A stretch of DNA of 64,000 bases from Balanoglossus misakiensis (taxonomy: Eukaryota; Animalia; Hemichordata), in assembly GCA_040954595.2 (NCBI GenBank), contig CM082591.2:7430047-7494046 (forward strand). The letters run 5' to 3'. The notes below the pieces were generated by a model. It did no database searches. It saw only the letters and a list, made by a program, of their open reading frames with translations, and was not told where the DNA came from. Numbering within the stretch: position 1 is the stretch's first letter; each line of letters begins with the position of its first letter. Both the position numbers and the translations under genes were made by a program. This document shows positions 11,501 to 23,500 of this stretch, one piece after another.

Positions 11501-14500
11501 TCGAAGGGTACGAAACGAGAGACGAGGGTGTACTTCACCGTCCCATAGCAAAGTCGAAAACACGAGGTAAAATGTGTAGTGATATGACAATCGTAGATGG
11601 ACTACTTTTAAAACTTTTGGGCGAAATATGGTTTGTCGATGTGTTCACAATGACCTTCAAAGGTACACACAAAGTCACAACATCTTTCTCTGTGAAAATT
11701 AAGTCTACAATATCGAAACTCGTAACAAAAAGGGAACTATTTTTAACGGGTAAGGTTTCAAAGCAGCAAAACGTTCGTGCATATCCCTCATTATTAAAAT
11801 ACGAAATTCCTTTGTTTTTGCATGGCTTCCGCCACACTCCCCCCAAAAATCACATTGATTTTACCTAATCGAAACACTGAAACCAACTACTGAAAACGTC
11901 CAAGCTATTTATCAGCTCTCCCTTGTGTCGCTGAAAACAACTTACCTTAGCATTTCTCTGCTAATGGATTCTCTACCAATAAAACAAGCTTATGAATAGG
12001 CCTTTCTAAAATTGTTGCCTTGTCTACTTTCTTACCTTGTTTCGAGAGGTTGGGATCACCCACAAGGATAGTAACTCTGCGTATCAAGCAATCATCATCA
12101 GACAAAGTGTCTATTACTTTCGCAAGTCTCCACTGATTTCTCACAGTGTCATCTTCCTTAAGAAGTACGATATTTCCAACTTCAAGATTTCTCTTCGTTT
12201 CCTGCCACTTCTGTCTGGCCTGTAGATTCTGTAAGTATTCCTTACGCCATCTTGTCCAGAACTCGTTCGCAAGATACTGAACAGCACGCTATCATTTCCT
12301 GGCATACAGATCTTCTCTGACGAAGTTGCCGGGCGGTGGCAAAATCACATCCGATTTCATAGTCAGCAGCTGATTTGGAGTAAGAGGCATCGGTCCAGTA
12401 GGGTCGTTCAAGTTCTCTGCTGATAAGGGTCGACTATTCACAATCGACATTGCTTCATACATCAGAGTACGAAGAGACGAAGTATTCAATCTGGATCCCA
12501 TCTTTTCCAGAATTCCTGCGAGAACGTTTCTGACCGACCGTATTTGACGTTCCCAAACGCCTCCCATATGACTCGAGGAGGGTGAATTGAAAACGAATTC
12601 ACACTGTCGTTTGGACAACGTATCTTTGATTCTTCCTTCGTCAAGCGCTTGCAGTCCAAGCTGAAGCTCATTCCTGGCTCCTACGAAATTGGATCCCCGA
12701 TCACAACGCAAGTGTCGTACGGGGCCTCTGATAGCGATGAATGTGCGAAGCGAATTCAGAAATGCATCGGTTGACATTTCTTCTACAACCTCTATGTGTA
12801 TGGTTCGAAGCGCTAGGCAAGTGAAAATGACACCATATCGTTCCTTGACGAAAGGTCCAAAGCAGTCCATTCCACAATAGATAAATGGCGGCGATGGCTC
12901 GAGACGATCTTTGGGCAAATCTGCCATTCTCTGTGTGTTGGCTTTGCCTCTGAGTTTCCTACACTGAACACACTTGTGTATATACGAAGCGACTGCTGCG
13001 TTGCAGTTGATGATCCAGAATCCACACGATCTGAGTTTGTTCACTGTAATACCACGTCCCTGGTGGGCCACTTGCTCATGACACCATCTGATAAGCAGTG
13101 TAGTCACGTGACTCTTTCGAGGTAGAATAATAGGGTGCTTGACATAGTCAGGCATGGAGGATCTACTCAGTCTGCCTCCAACTCTGAGTATCTGATGATC
13201 ATCTAGGTATGGGTTCAATGGGTACAGGTGACTGTTACGTTTCACCATCGAGGGTTCACTGTCTTCTGACGTGCGCAATTTCAATGACTCTATTTCTTCT
13301 TTGAAAGCTTCCTGTTGGGCCCATGCCACGATGGCCATGGTAGCTCTCTGTCTTGTTTCTCCGGAAGCGATTTCCTTTCGCTTTCCCTTCCCGGATACAT
13401 AGCGATACAAGGTGGCGAATGCTCCTACAACCTTGTTCCAATCCGAAAATCGCTCTACACGATGTAACATGGATGACGTTGCAGTCGAGGAAGTCATCAA
13501 TGTTCTGGTACTCTTTACCTCGGGATCATCTGCTGACACCTGTGCGTCTACCTGAGTGGAAAGAGGAAGCTCTTTGTCCCACAAAAAGGCAGGACCTCTA
13601 AACCAATTGGACTTCATCAGTCCATCAACGCTGAGTCCACGAGATGCATGATCTGCAGGGTTCTCCTCAGTGTGGACATAGCGCCACTGCTCTGGCTGAG
13701 ATGATTCTTTAATTAAGCAATAACCCCCGCCGCAGGCGGGTATACACGAGATTTTGGTACAATTCGAGACATATAGCACGAGCCGTTAGGCGAGTGCTAT
13801 ATGGAGCGAATTGTACCCAAATCGAGTGTATACCAGACTGAGACGGGGGTTATTGCTATTATATTATACCAACAATTGATTTTGTGGCATATCGGTGTCA
13901 TTTTCTTAACGAATTTTTTTTAGTAAAAGAAGTTACGATCGCGAATCAACATGGTGACGATAATTGTAAACACGAGCGCCCGGGACCGAGCATTAAACAT
14001 GAAGCAGGCGACAAAAAGTGACAAGACAGGCATCGGGCATAGCAAAATACCAAATATTCCCAACAGAGAAGTTCTAGAACAAATCGTCCGTAAATTCAAC
14101 ACCATGTTTATTTATTTGTTTAGTTTAACCCCACGCGACTGTGGTTTGACTGCACATTTCCCTGCTGCATGCTAGTTCAGGGGCCCGTTTTACCACTGCC
14201 AGCAGTGGTAAAACAGTATTTTACCATCGCTCTCGTCCAATCAGAATCGCGGACGGTAGCATGATATAATATAATTCTTTGTATACGATTCGCGACATAT
14301 ATGTGGAAGCGGCGAGCTTCATTTCCTATGTAGCCGAGTACCACTTTCGAGTCTGTCCAGTAGAAGTTCTCCATCACTGGGTAATCCAACTCTTTGTTCA
14401 GTAGATTGCTGACCTGTATAGAAACAACAGCAGCTTGAAGTTCCAATCGAGGAACAGTAATGGGTTTCAAAGGGGCGACTCTAGCCTTTCCCATCACGAG

Positions 14501-17500
14501 CGAACAATGAATATTATCTAGACCGTCGACTAGTCTGATATACGAACACTGACCATAACCTGTCAGGCTGGCATCCGAGAAATGGTGGAGCTCAACTTTC
14601 TTCACTGGTCCGAAATGTTGCGGCTTGAAGCATCTTCTTATCTTCAAGTCGTCTAGCTTGGGCAACTCAGCAAGCCATGATTCCCACCTCGGACGTAAAT
14701 CGTCTGACAAGGGATCATCCCAATTGGTTCCTTTCTTGCACATCTCTTGCAAGATCCGTTTTCCTCGAAGTACGAAAGGTGCGAGAAATCCGACAGGATC
14801 GAAAACAGATGCTACTGCCGAAAGTATTCCACGACGAGAAGGCGAGTGCATCTTGACGATAGGCGAAAAATGAAACGAGTCTGACTCAACGCGCCACTCG
14901 ATTCCAAGTGCTCTTTCGATAGGTAGCTCACTGAACGACAAATCCAAATCCTTGACGTTCTTGGCACGCTCTGAAATAGGGACAGATTCCATTGTAGTTC
15001 TGTCATTCGATATGAACTTGTGCAGACGTAAATTTCCTTCTGCGCAAAGGTTGCGAACATCCTGTATAAGTTGGACAGCCTCTGATGCCGTCTCGAGACT
15101 ATGGAGACCATCATCAACATAGAAATTCTTTGCGACGAAATCTACTGCGCTCTTTCCGTGCTGTGGGTTGTCCTTGGCCACTTGTCGAAGTCCGTAGTTC
15201 GCGCATCCTGGCGAGGACACAGCGCGGAATAGGTGAACGTTCATCCTGTAGGTAACTGGTTCCGAGTCGACATTACCATCTCTCCACCAAAGAAATCGGA
15301 GATAGTTTCTGTCATCTTTCTTTACTCTGAATCTGTGGAACATACGCTCGATGTCACACATGACTGCGATGTTCTCTTTGCGAAAACGACAAAGTACACC
15401 GATGAGGGAATTTATCTGATCCGGTCCCTGCAACAAATGATCGTTGAGGCTCGTTCCCTTGAACCTTGCACTACAATCGAACACGACACGAATCTTGTCT
15501 GGTTTTTTAGGGTGATACACCCCATGGTGTGGAATATACCACATCGATCCATCATGTGTATTCTTGTCGTCGACCAGTTCCGCATCTCCTGACGCGATAA
15601 TGTCTTCCATGAAGTTTCTGTAGTCATTCAGATACTTTGGGTTTGACTTGAAGCGCGTTTTCAAGTACTGAAGTCTCTGCTACGCTATACATCTGTTGTT
15701 TGGGAGCGCTGGTCTATCTTGTCTGAATGGAAGTGGCATTGTATAGAATCCATCTGGTTCTTTCGAAATACCATTTTCCATGATCTTCAAAAATTGAATG
15801 TCGTCTTGAGACATGACGGTTTCTTCAACTCTTTGTTCGTTGAAGTCCGATTCGAGAATTCTCACCACGTCCAAAGGGTTGAGGACTTGCTCCTTGGCTG
15901 AAGTCTTAAAGGCATAACGAACTGCCGACGAATGAGACTCTTCCATACGAAGTCTCTGCTGACTGTCTACACCTGGTTGTAGACCGTCTGGTATCATCTT
16001 TGTAAGTACTCTATGGGTAAAACTGAAGACATCTTCCCTTTCATCTCGATGTGTAAGATGTCCGACGATGCTCCATCCTAAGTCTGTCTCTACTGCGAAT
16101 GGCTGATTTCCACTGCCTGTGACACAGCTACGAGGTGCTAGGGCTTGAGGACAATCATAACCTATCAACAGACCAACTTCACATTTCTGTTGAGGATGAA
16201 TACGAGTAGCGATTTCTCTAAGATGAGGCCACCCATTGGCCATATCACGAGTGGGTATGTGCGATTTTTCCACTGGTATGTAATCAAGCGAATACGTAGT
16301 GGGCAACGGAACTATTTTGTCACAGTCAAACCCGCGAACTCTGAGTTTGCGATACTTGTGACAGGCAACAACCTTGTTGCTCGTTGTCATGGTTGTCATA
16401 CGGAGGTTTGCTGGCTCAGATGCTGTATGTAGCTGTTCAGTGACATGATCCAACACGAAAGTAGTATCTGACTGTGTGTCCAACAGCGCGTACACTAGAA
16501 TCTCTCTGTTCGGTTCTTCGTATCCAGAAATCCACACTGAAACGATCATCGACGAAATAGACTTTCCTCGCGGGCAAGTCACACCATAGCAGTCCGCTTT
16601 CTTCATTTCGGGTGTGGTTTCTTTTCTGTGGTCTCGCACTGGAGACTGAACAGTGCTCATGGTTTTGTTCATGGACGAATGCAGACTGGTGGGATGTTTC
16701 CTACTGCATTTCCTGCAAACGCCACGGGATTTGCAGTTCTTTGAGATGTGCCCCGTGTTTAGACATCTGAAGCAGTAACCGCCCTTTCGAACAAATTCCT
16801 GTCTATCGGACATAGGCGTGGAAGCGAAGCTATAACATTCCTGTATAGCGTGCCCAGTCTTTTTGCAGAAAACACACGACTGGTTTACCGCCCCTGGTTT
16901 TGCTGTGGTCGAGAGCGTACGTGCACCTGGGTTGCGCCTCCTGGTGCTGGTCGGAGTTTTCTGTGGGTCTCTGTCCGTTGGTTACCTCAGCGAGCCGATT
17001 GAGGTCAATGGGTCACATGCAATATCTGCCTCTTCCTCCATGAAGCAGACAAATCTTTTGAATGGGGGGTATGCATTTGTAGTCTTCTTTATTTTTGCTA
17101 CGATCCTGCTCCATCTGTTTACGAGCCAGTCTGGTAACTTCTGGAGCATTTTCCTATTTTCGTGGATATCGTTCAGCACTGCGAGGTCTGGGATATCCTT
17201 CATCGCAATCCGGCATTGTTTCAAGAAGTCTGCGAACTTTCGCAATGCCTTCCCGTCCTTGCCGGAGATTCTCGGCCATCTTTCGATTTTTTCTCTAAAG
17301 GCCTCTGTTACGGCGAAAGAATTACCGTATCGTTCTTCCAGAATCATTCTCGCCTCGTCATATGCCCCTTCACTTCGGAGTAAGAAGCATCCGACGACTG
17401 CTTCCTTAGCAGGACCACCCAAATACTTCTTCAGGTGATGGATTCTTTCGATTGGTGGGACCCCTCGTGATTCAACTAAGGTAATGAAAGACGATATCCA

Positions 17501-20500
17501 ATCTGGATAAGAAAGTGGGTCTCCCATGAACATTGGTGGTTCGGGTGTAGCAAGTCTGCTCAAGGACACAGATGTTGCCAAGGCTTCTGTCAATACCTTG
17601 AGGTCTTCTCTGTTCTCCGATGGGCGATATTCATTTGCTGTTGCACGTAGTGTATAATCTTGTCGTTTCAGTTGCGACGTCGACGGCTTGGTAGTCGGCG
17701 GGGTGACTGGTTCTGTTTTTACAGTACGCGCGGGAATATGAGCAGCTGGGGCGACTGGCTGATCGGTTCGGTCTTCACGACAGGCAACTCGCTTGTCACC
17801 GGTGGCAACATAGTCTTCGCTAATGGCAGGTTGTCAAGTAGTTCTTCCTTTTCACAAGCGGCTATCTTCGCTTTCTCCACATGCAGTTCTCCTACTAATT
17901 TCTGTCTTTCTAACACTCTTCTCTTACGACGTATTTCTGCCTCCAAGTGTTCCAATTCCTCTTCATGTGCAGTCTCTTAATGTTTTGCCTCGATTTCCGC
18001 CTGTAGGGCAGCTGCCCTGACAGCAGCGTTTCTCCGTATTGATGACGTACTGGAAGAGCTGGATCGTTTGGATGACCTAGAGCTCGACTTTGTGTGGTGT
18101 GAAGGCACGGATCCGAATGAAACTGAGCTATGAGCATCGGCTCGCGCAATCAGTCGCTGTGCATAATTGATGACACTATCCGCGCGCAAATTCAAACGAT
18201 CGACGGCTTTCAAAACATCCTCTAAGGGGGTGTCTGACACGGCGCGTATCTGATCATGAATTTCAATCAAAACAGTGCGCTCGTGCTCCATTTCTTTCAA
18301 AATAGTATACACGTTTTCCACAGACTCCTTGTCGAATATGTCAGGGTTGTTCACACATGACAACAACCGATTGTGAGTACGCCAGAACTGCTTCTCCAAG
18401 TCGATTAACTTACCTTTCCTAGCTTTCTCAGTAAGCTTGGTACTCATTCTGACCTGCGTAATGTGTACACATTTTCATCCATAATTTCTACATTTGTTTC
18501 ATGAATCTCTGCCTTTGTTACAATTTGATCTGTTTCATCAGGCTTACCTTGATCATCAGCGGTTGGCACTGATTCCCGTGTGTCCTTTTCGGCCATAGTT
18601 GAACTTGGGTGAACACAACTAGAGAGCTGAAACAATCACTGTGACTATTCAGTGTAGATACAAATTTAGAAATCTAAACCCGAGGGAGTAACTACACAAG
18701 CAATTTGATGCCGGGTACTGACAGTGAACAATTTCAAACACTTTGACAAATACAAACTGTGTGAGTTTCAACAAAGGAGACTCTTTGTATCGCAAAAGCT
18801 GATGCGAATGACACTAATGTGCACAATTTTGGGACATTGAGAAAACTAAATATTCAATTCGCACATGCACACAAGCCAAAATTGACAATAATAATGTTCA
18901 AAGTCAATGTTCAATACTATGTCCTAATTCTGAAGGAGAGTGTCCAAAATGTTCAATCTGCTGCTTCTGTTAACAGTCGCTGAACATCACTCTTCTCTGC
19001 AGTCTGTGATCTTCATGGGTTGATTCAACAGTAGGGTAATAGGCGAATACTGGCTGAACCATGTAAAGGCGCCCTCAACGACGAGTCTTCGGCTGAACCG
19101 ATGACGTCACACACAACGATGTAGGACGATAATTTCACCTCCAGATCGAACAGCAATAAAATCGTTGAAAGACTTACGTCCCTTCCGAGTTCTGTTTCGA
19201 AGGTCCGAGTTCCTACTCGCGCTCGAGTTTTTACTGTGACCGCCATAGCTTTTCCGATATATTCAAAAGTCAGAGTCGAGTTTCCATGTACGGGTCTTCG
19301 GTTTATTATCGATAAATCGATCGAGTGATCGCTGAATGCGACCGTACGAGACTGTACACAATAGTCGAAAGACTTCGAAAGACGAGACTGTGAACAGACC
19401 TCGATGCGAATGGACCGAGAACGAATAATCTATACCGTAATAGACCTTGTCTCGAATAAATCTAGTTAGACCAAGACCGAGTAAACCTCGGTACGAATAG
19501 ACCGTAAAAACTGAAACATAAATACAAATACAAAATGTCAAATCGAAAGAATTACATATACAGAAAATCGCGAATGATTTCAATCGAAACAGATATGTGC
19601 AAGCAACACAGTTCGATGTACGTGACTGATGTACATGATATAGACAACTCGATCGTCAAAGTCTGATTACAATAAAGTTTTCACGAAAATACAATTCATA
19701 TCTGTAAGAATACCGAAAGATATATTACCTCGCTGGCGACTTGTAAAGCCTTGTGGTCGGGAAGTTTCGAAATACCAAGGAAATATCGAAGGGTACGAAA
19801 CGAGAGACGAGGGTGTACTTCACCGTCCCATAGCAAAGTCGAAAACACGAGGTAAAATGTGTAGTGATATGACCATCGTAGATGAACTACTTGTAAAACT
19901 TTTGGGCGAAATATGGTTTGTCGATGTGTTCACAATGACCTTCAAAGGTACACATAAAGTCACAACATCTTTCTCTGTGAAAATTAAAAGTCTACAATAT
20001 CGAAACTCGTAACAAAAAGGGGACTATTTTTAACGGGTAAGGTTTCAAAGCAGCAAAACGTTCGTGCATATCCCTCATTATTAAAATACGAAATTCCTTT
20101 GTTTTTGCATGGCTTCAGCCACAGTGTGATAATTATGGAACTTAATACATGTCCAAGGTTACTTGATATCAATAACATATTTATCTACATTCTTCATTTC
20201 AGAGTTTGAAGATGAAATCACACTACATGGAAGACCAATTCATCCCATACCAGCTGAATCTATCAGCTTTCAAGCAAAAAGCTTACTGCCCTTTGAAGCT
20301 AGTGCAAATCAGCTCAAAGAACTAAAACAACTGTTGGATGGGGCCCTGACAGAGAAGTCTAAAATTCAGACTGAGTCAGTTGAGAATAAGAGAAAGGTAG
20401 TTAAAGAAATCACTAAACTGCAGACAGACAAAATGATTCTAGAGAATCAGTTGGAAGAAGCACTTCAGGAAAAGTCACTTTTAGAAGAGCAGTACAAACA

Positions 20501-23500
20501 GAAACTTGCAAGTGTTGAGAAAGTAGCCTCAACACAACTTCTGGATGTCATTTCCTTGAAGCAAAGATTGAGAGAATCAGACCCTAGAAACATCCAAGAA
20601 TTACAATCTAAACTTGAACAACAAGAACAAACCATAACTGAGCTAAAGTCAAAATTATCCAAAATTCAGGATGAGCAATCTGACTCTGAGCTGCAACTGA
20701 AAACTGCTAAAACTCTTCAACTGCAAGAAGATGCAAAATTGGAAACTGGACAAGGTGAGATTGATATAAATCTGCTTCAATTATTCCTGCATCAAGAAAC
20801 CCTTGGTCAAATAAAATCTTCCAGCTCATATAGATTATAAAAAATTGCAAGTTTTCATTGTTGTAAGGATTAACCAAGTACTTAACATTTAATTTAAAAT
20901 ATTTGTAGGCAAACTCACACCATCTGATGTGCCTCTCAAGAAAGATGACACAGGAGACATATCACCAGTAACCATGGCTACAAAAGATGAAGATGAGCCT
21001 GTGAAACCAGCATCAATGCAACCTGAGATGGCATCAGAAAAAACAGGAGCAGAGAAAGCCAGACATCCACAACCAGAGACAATGGGAACAGAAGACATTG
21101 AGGCTGTGGCCAAGATGACGGAAGGAGATGGAACTGAGACTGAGAAAACCAAAGCAAAACAATCTGAGACAAAAGAAAAAGGTACACCAAACATGTCAGT
21201 GAGAAGCTTAGAAAGTTGGAACTATATTTACATTCAATCTGATGTTGGAAAGAGCAGTATTCTTGACAGAGAAAAAAAGCTAATGAGTTAATATTCAATG
21301 TTTGCCAAATGTGTATAGAATGAATTTACAACACTATATTTTCATTGTTTGATCACTTTCTTTTGCAGAAGAAAAGCCATCCAAAGGTGTCATCAGCAAG
21401 ACAAAGAGATTTATTGGTGGAAGTAAAGAAACTGCTGGTGATTCAGGGATTACAGGAAGTAAAGAGATATCTGAGGATACAAAGGGAGCCAGTGTTTCAG
21501 CAGAACCTTCTAAAACAGGTATGTGCATTCTCAGTGTTGGAAAATAAGTTGAATACATGTGTTGATAATAAGGGATCAGTTGATTCAAAACTTCAAGTAA
21601 AATTAATGTCCAAGTCATCTCTCCACTACAGGAAGTAAAGAGATATCTGAGGATACAAAGGGAGCCAGTGTTTCAGCAAAACCTTCTAAAACAGGTATGT
21701 GCATTTCATCTCAGTGTTGGAAAACAACAGTTGAATACATGTGTTGATAATAAGGGATCAGTTGATTCAAAACTTCAAGTAAAATTAATGTCTAAGTCAT
21801 CTCTCCACTACAGGAAGTAAAGAGATATCTGAGGATACAAAGGGAGCCAGTGTTTCAGCAAAACCTTCTAAAACAGGTATGTGCATTTCATCTCAGTGTT
21901 AGAAAATAACGGTTGAATACAGGTGTTGATAATAAGGGACCAATTGATTCAAAATTTCAAGTAAAATTAATGTCTAAGTCATCTCTACATTACAGGAAGT
22001 AAAGAGATATCTGAGGATACAAAGGGAGCCAGTGTTTCAACAGAACCTTCTAAAACAGGTATGTGCATTTCATCTCAGTGTTAGAAAATAACGGTTGAAT
22101 ACAGGTGTTGATAATAAGGGACCAGTTGATTCAAAATTTCAAGTAAAATTAATGTCTAAGTCATCTCTCCACTACAGGAAGTAAAGAGATATCTGAGGAT
22201 ACAAAGGGAGCCAGTGTTTCAACAGAATCTTCTAAAACAGGTATGTGCATTTCATCTCAGTGTTGGTAAACAACAGTTGAATACATGTATTGATAATAAG
22301 GGACCAGTTGATTAAAACTTCAAGTAAAATAAATGTCTAAGTCATCTCGCCACTACAGGAAGCAAAGAGATATCTAATGATACAAAGGGAGCCAGTGTTT
22401 CAACAGAACCTTCTAAAACAGGTATGTGCATTTCATCTCAGTGTCGGAAAATACCAGTTGAATACATGTGTTGATAATAAGGGACCAGTTGATTCAAAAC
22501 TTCAAGTAAAATTAATGTCTAAGTCATCTCTCCACTACAGGAAGTAAAGAGATATCTGAGGATACAAAGGGAGCCAGTGTTTCAACAGAACCTTCTAAAA
22601 CAGGTATGTGCATTTCATCTCAGTGTTAGAAAATAACGGTTGAATACAGGTGTTGATAATAAGGGACCAGTTGATTCAAAATTTCAAGTAAAATTAATGT
22701 CTAAGTCATCTCTCCACTACAGGAAGTAAAGAGATATCTGAGGATACAAAGGGAGCCAGTGTTTCAACAGAATCTTCTAAAACAGGTATGTGCATTTCAT
22801 CTCAGTGTTGGTAAACAACAGTTGAATACATGTATTGATAATAAGGGACCAGTTGATTAAAACTTCAAGTAAAATAAATGTCTAAGTCATCTCGCCACTA
22901 CAGGAAGCAAAGAGATATCTAATGATACAAAGGGAGCCAGTGTTTCAACAGAACCTTCTAAAACAGGTATGTGCATTTCATCTCAGTGTCGGAAAATACC
23001 AGTTGAATACATGTGTTGATAATAAGGGACCAGTTGATTCAAAACTTCAAGTAAAATTAATGTCTAAGTCATCTCTCCACTACAGGAAGTAAAGAGATAT
23101 CTGAGGATACAAAGGGAGCCAGTGTTTCAACAGAACCTTCTAAAACAGGTATGTGCATTTCATCTCAGTGTTAGAAAATAACGGTTGAATACAGGTGTTG
23201 ATAATAAGGGACCAGTTGATTCAAAATTTCAAGTAAAATTAATGTCTAAGTCATCTCTCCACTACAGGAAGTAAAGAGATATCTGAGGATACAAAGGGAG
23301 CCAGTGTTTCAACAGAATCTTCTAAAACAGGTATGTGCATTTCATCTCAGTGTTGGTAAACAACAGTTGAATACATGTATTGATAATAAGGGACCAGTTG
23401 ATTAAAACTTCAAGTAAAATAAATGTCTAAGTCATCTCGCCACTACAGGAAGCAAAGAGATATCTAATGATACAAAGGGAGCCAGTGTTTCAACAGAACC

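Larger units (their letters stand above)
10955..20123 (-). mobile_element. BEL/Pao LTR retrotransposon, full-length but inactivated, in intron 5 of gene copy 1
   Basis: TG...CA LTRs at 10955-11836 and 19235-20123; GTGTG target duplication (10950-10954, 20124-20128); polypurine tract next to the 3' LTR (ctcccccc at 11837); gag-PR-RT-RNaseH-IN order with YVDD, HHFSDAS, KARVAP...PRLEL and GGVWER motifs. Confidence 0.95.

Noticed and set aside
11085-11868. Short ORFs in the LTRs and antisense to gag-pol (possible env or accessory gene)
   Set aside because: No recognisable motifs; they recur only because the LTRs and the segment are duplicated
21345-21638. 97-aa ORF from the track (and 49078-49371)
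   Set aside because: It is in the wrong frame relative to the spliced gene and runs through an intron
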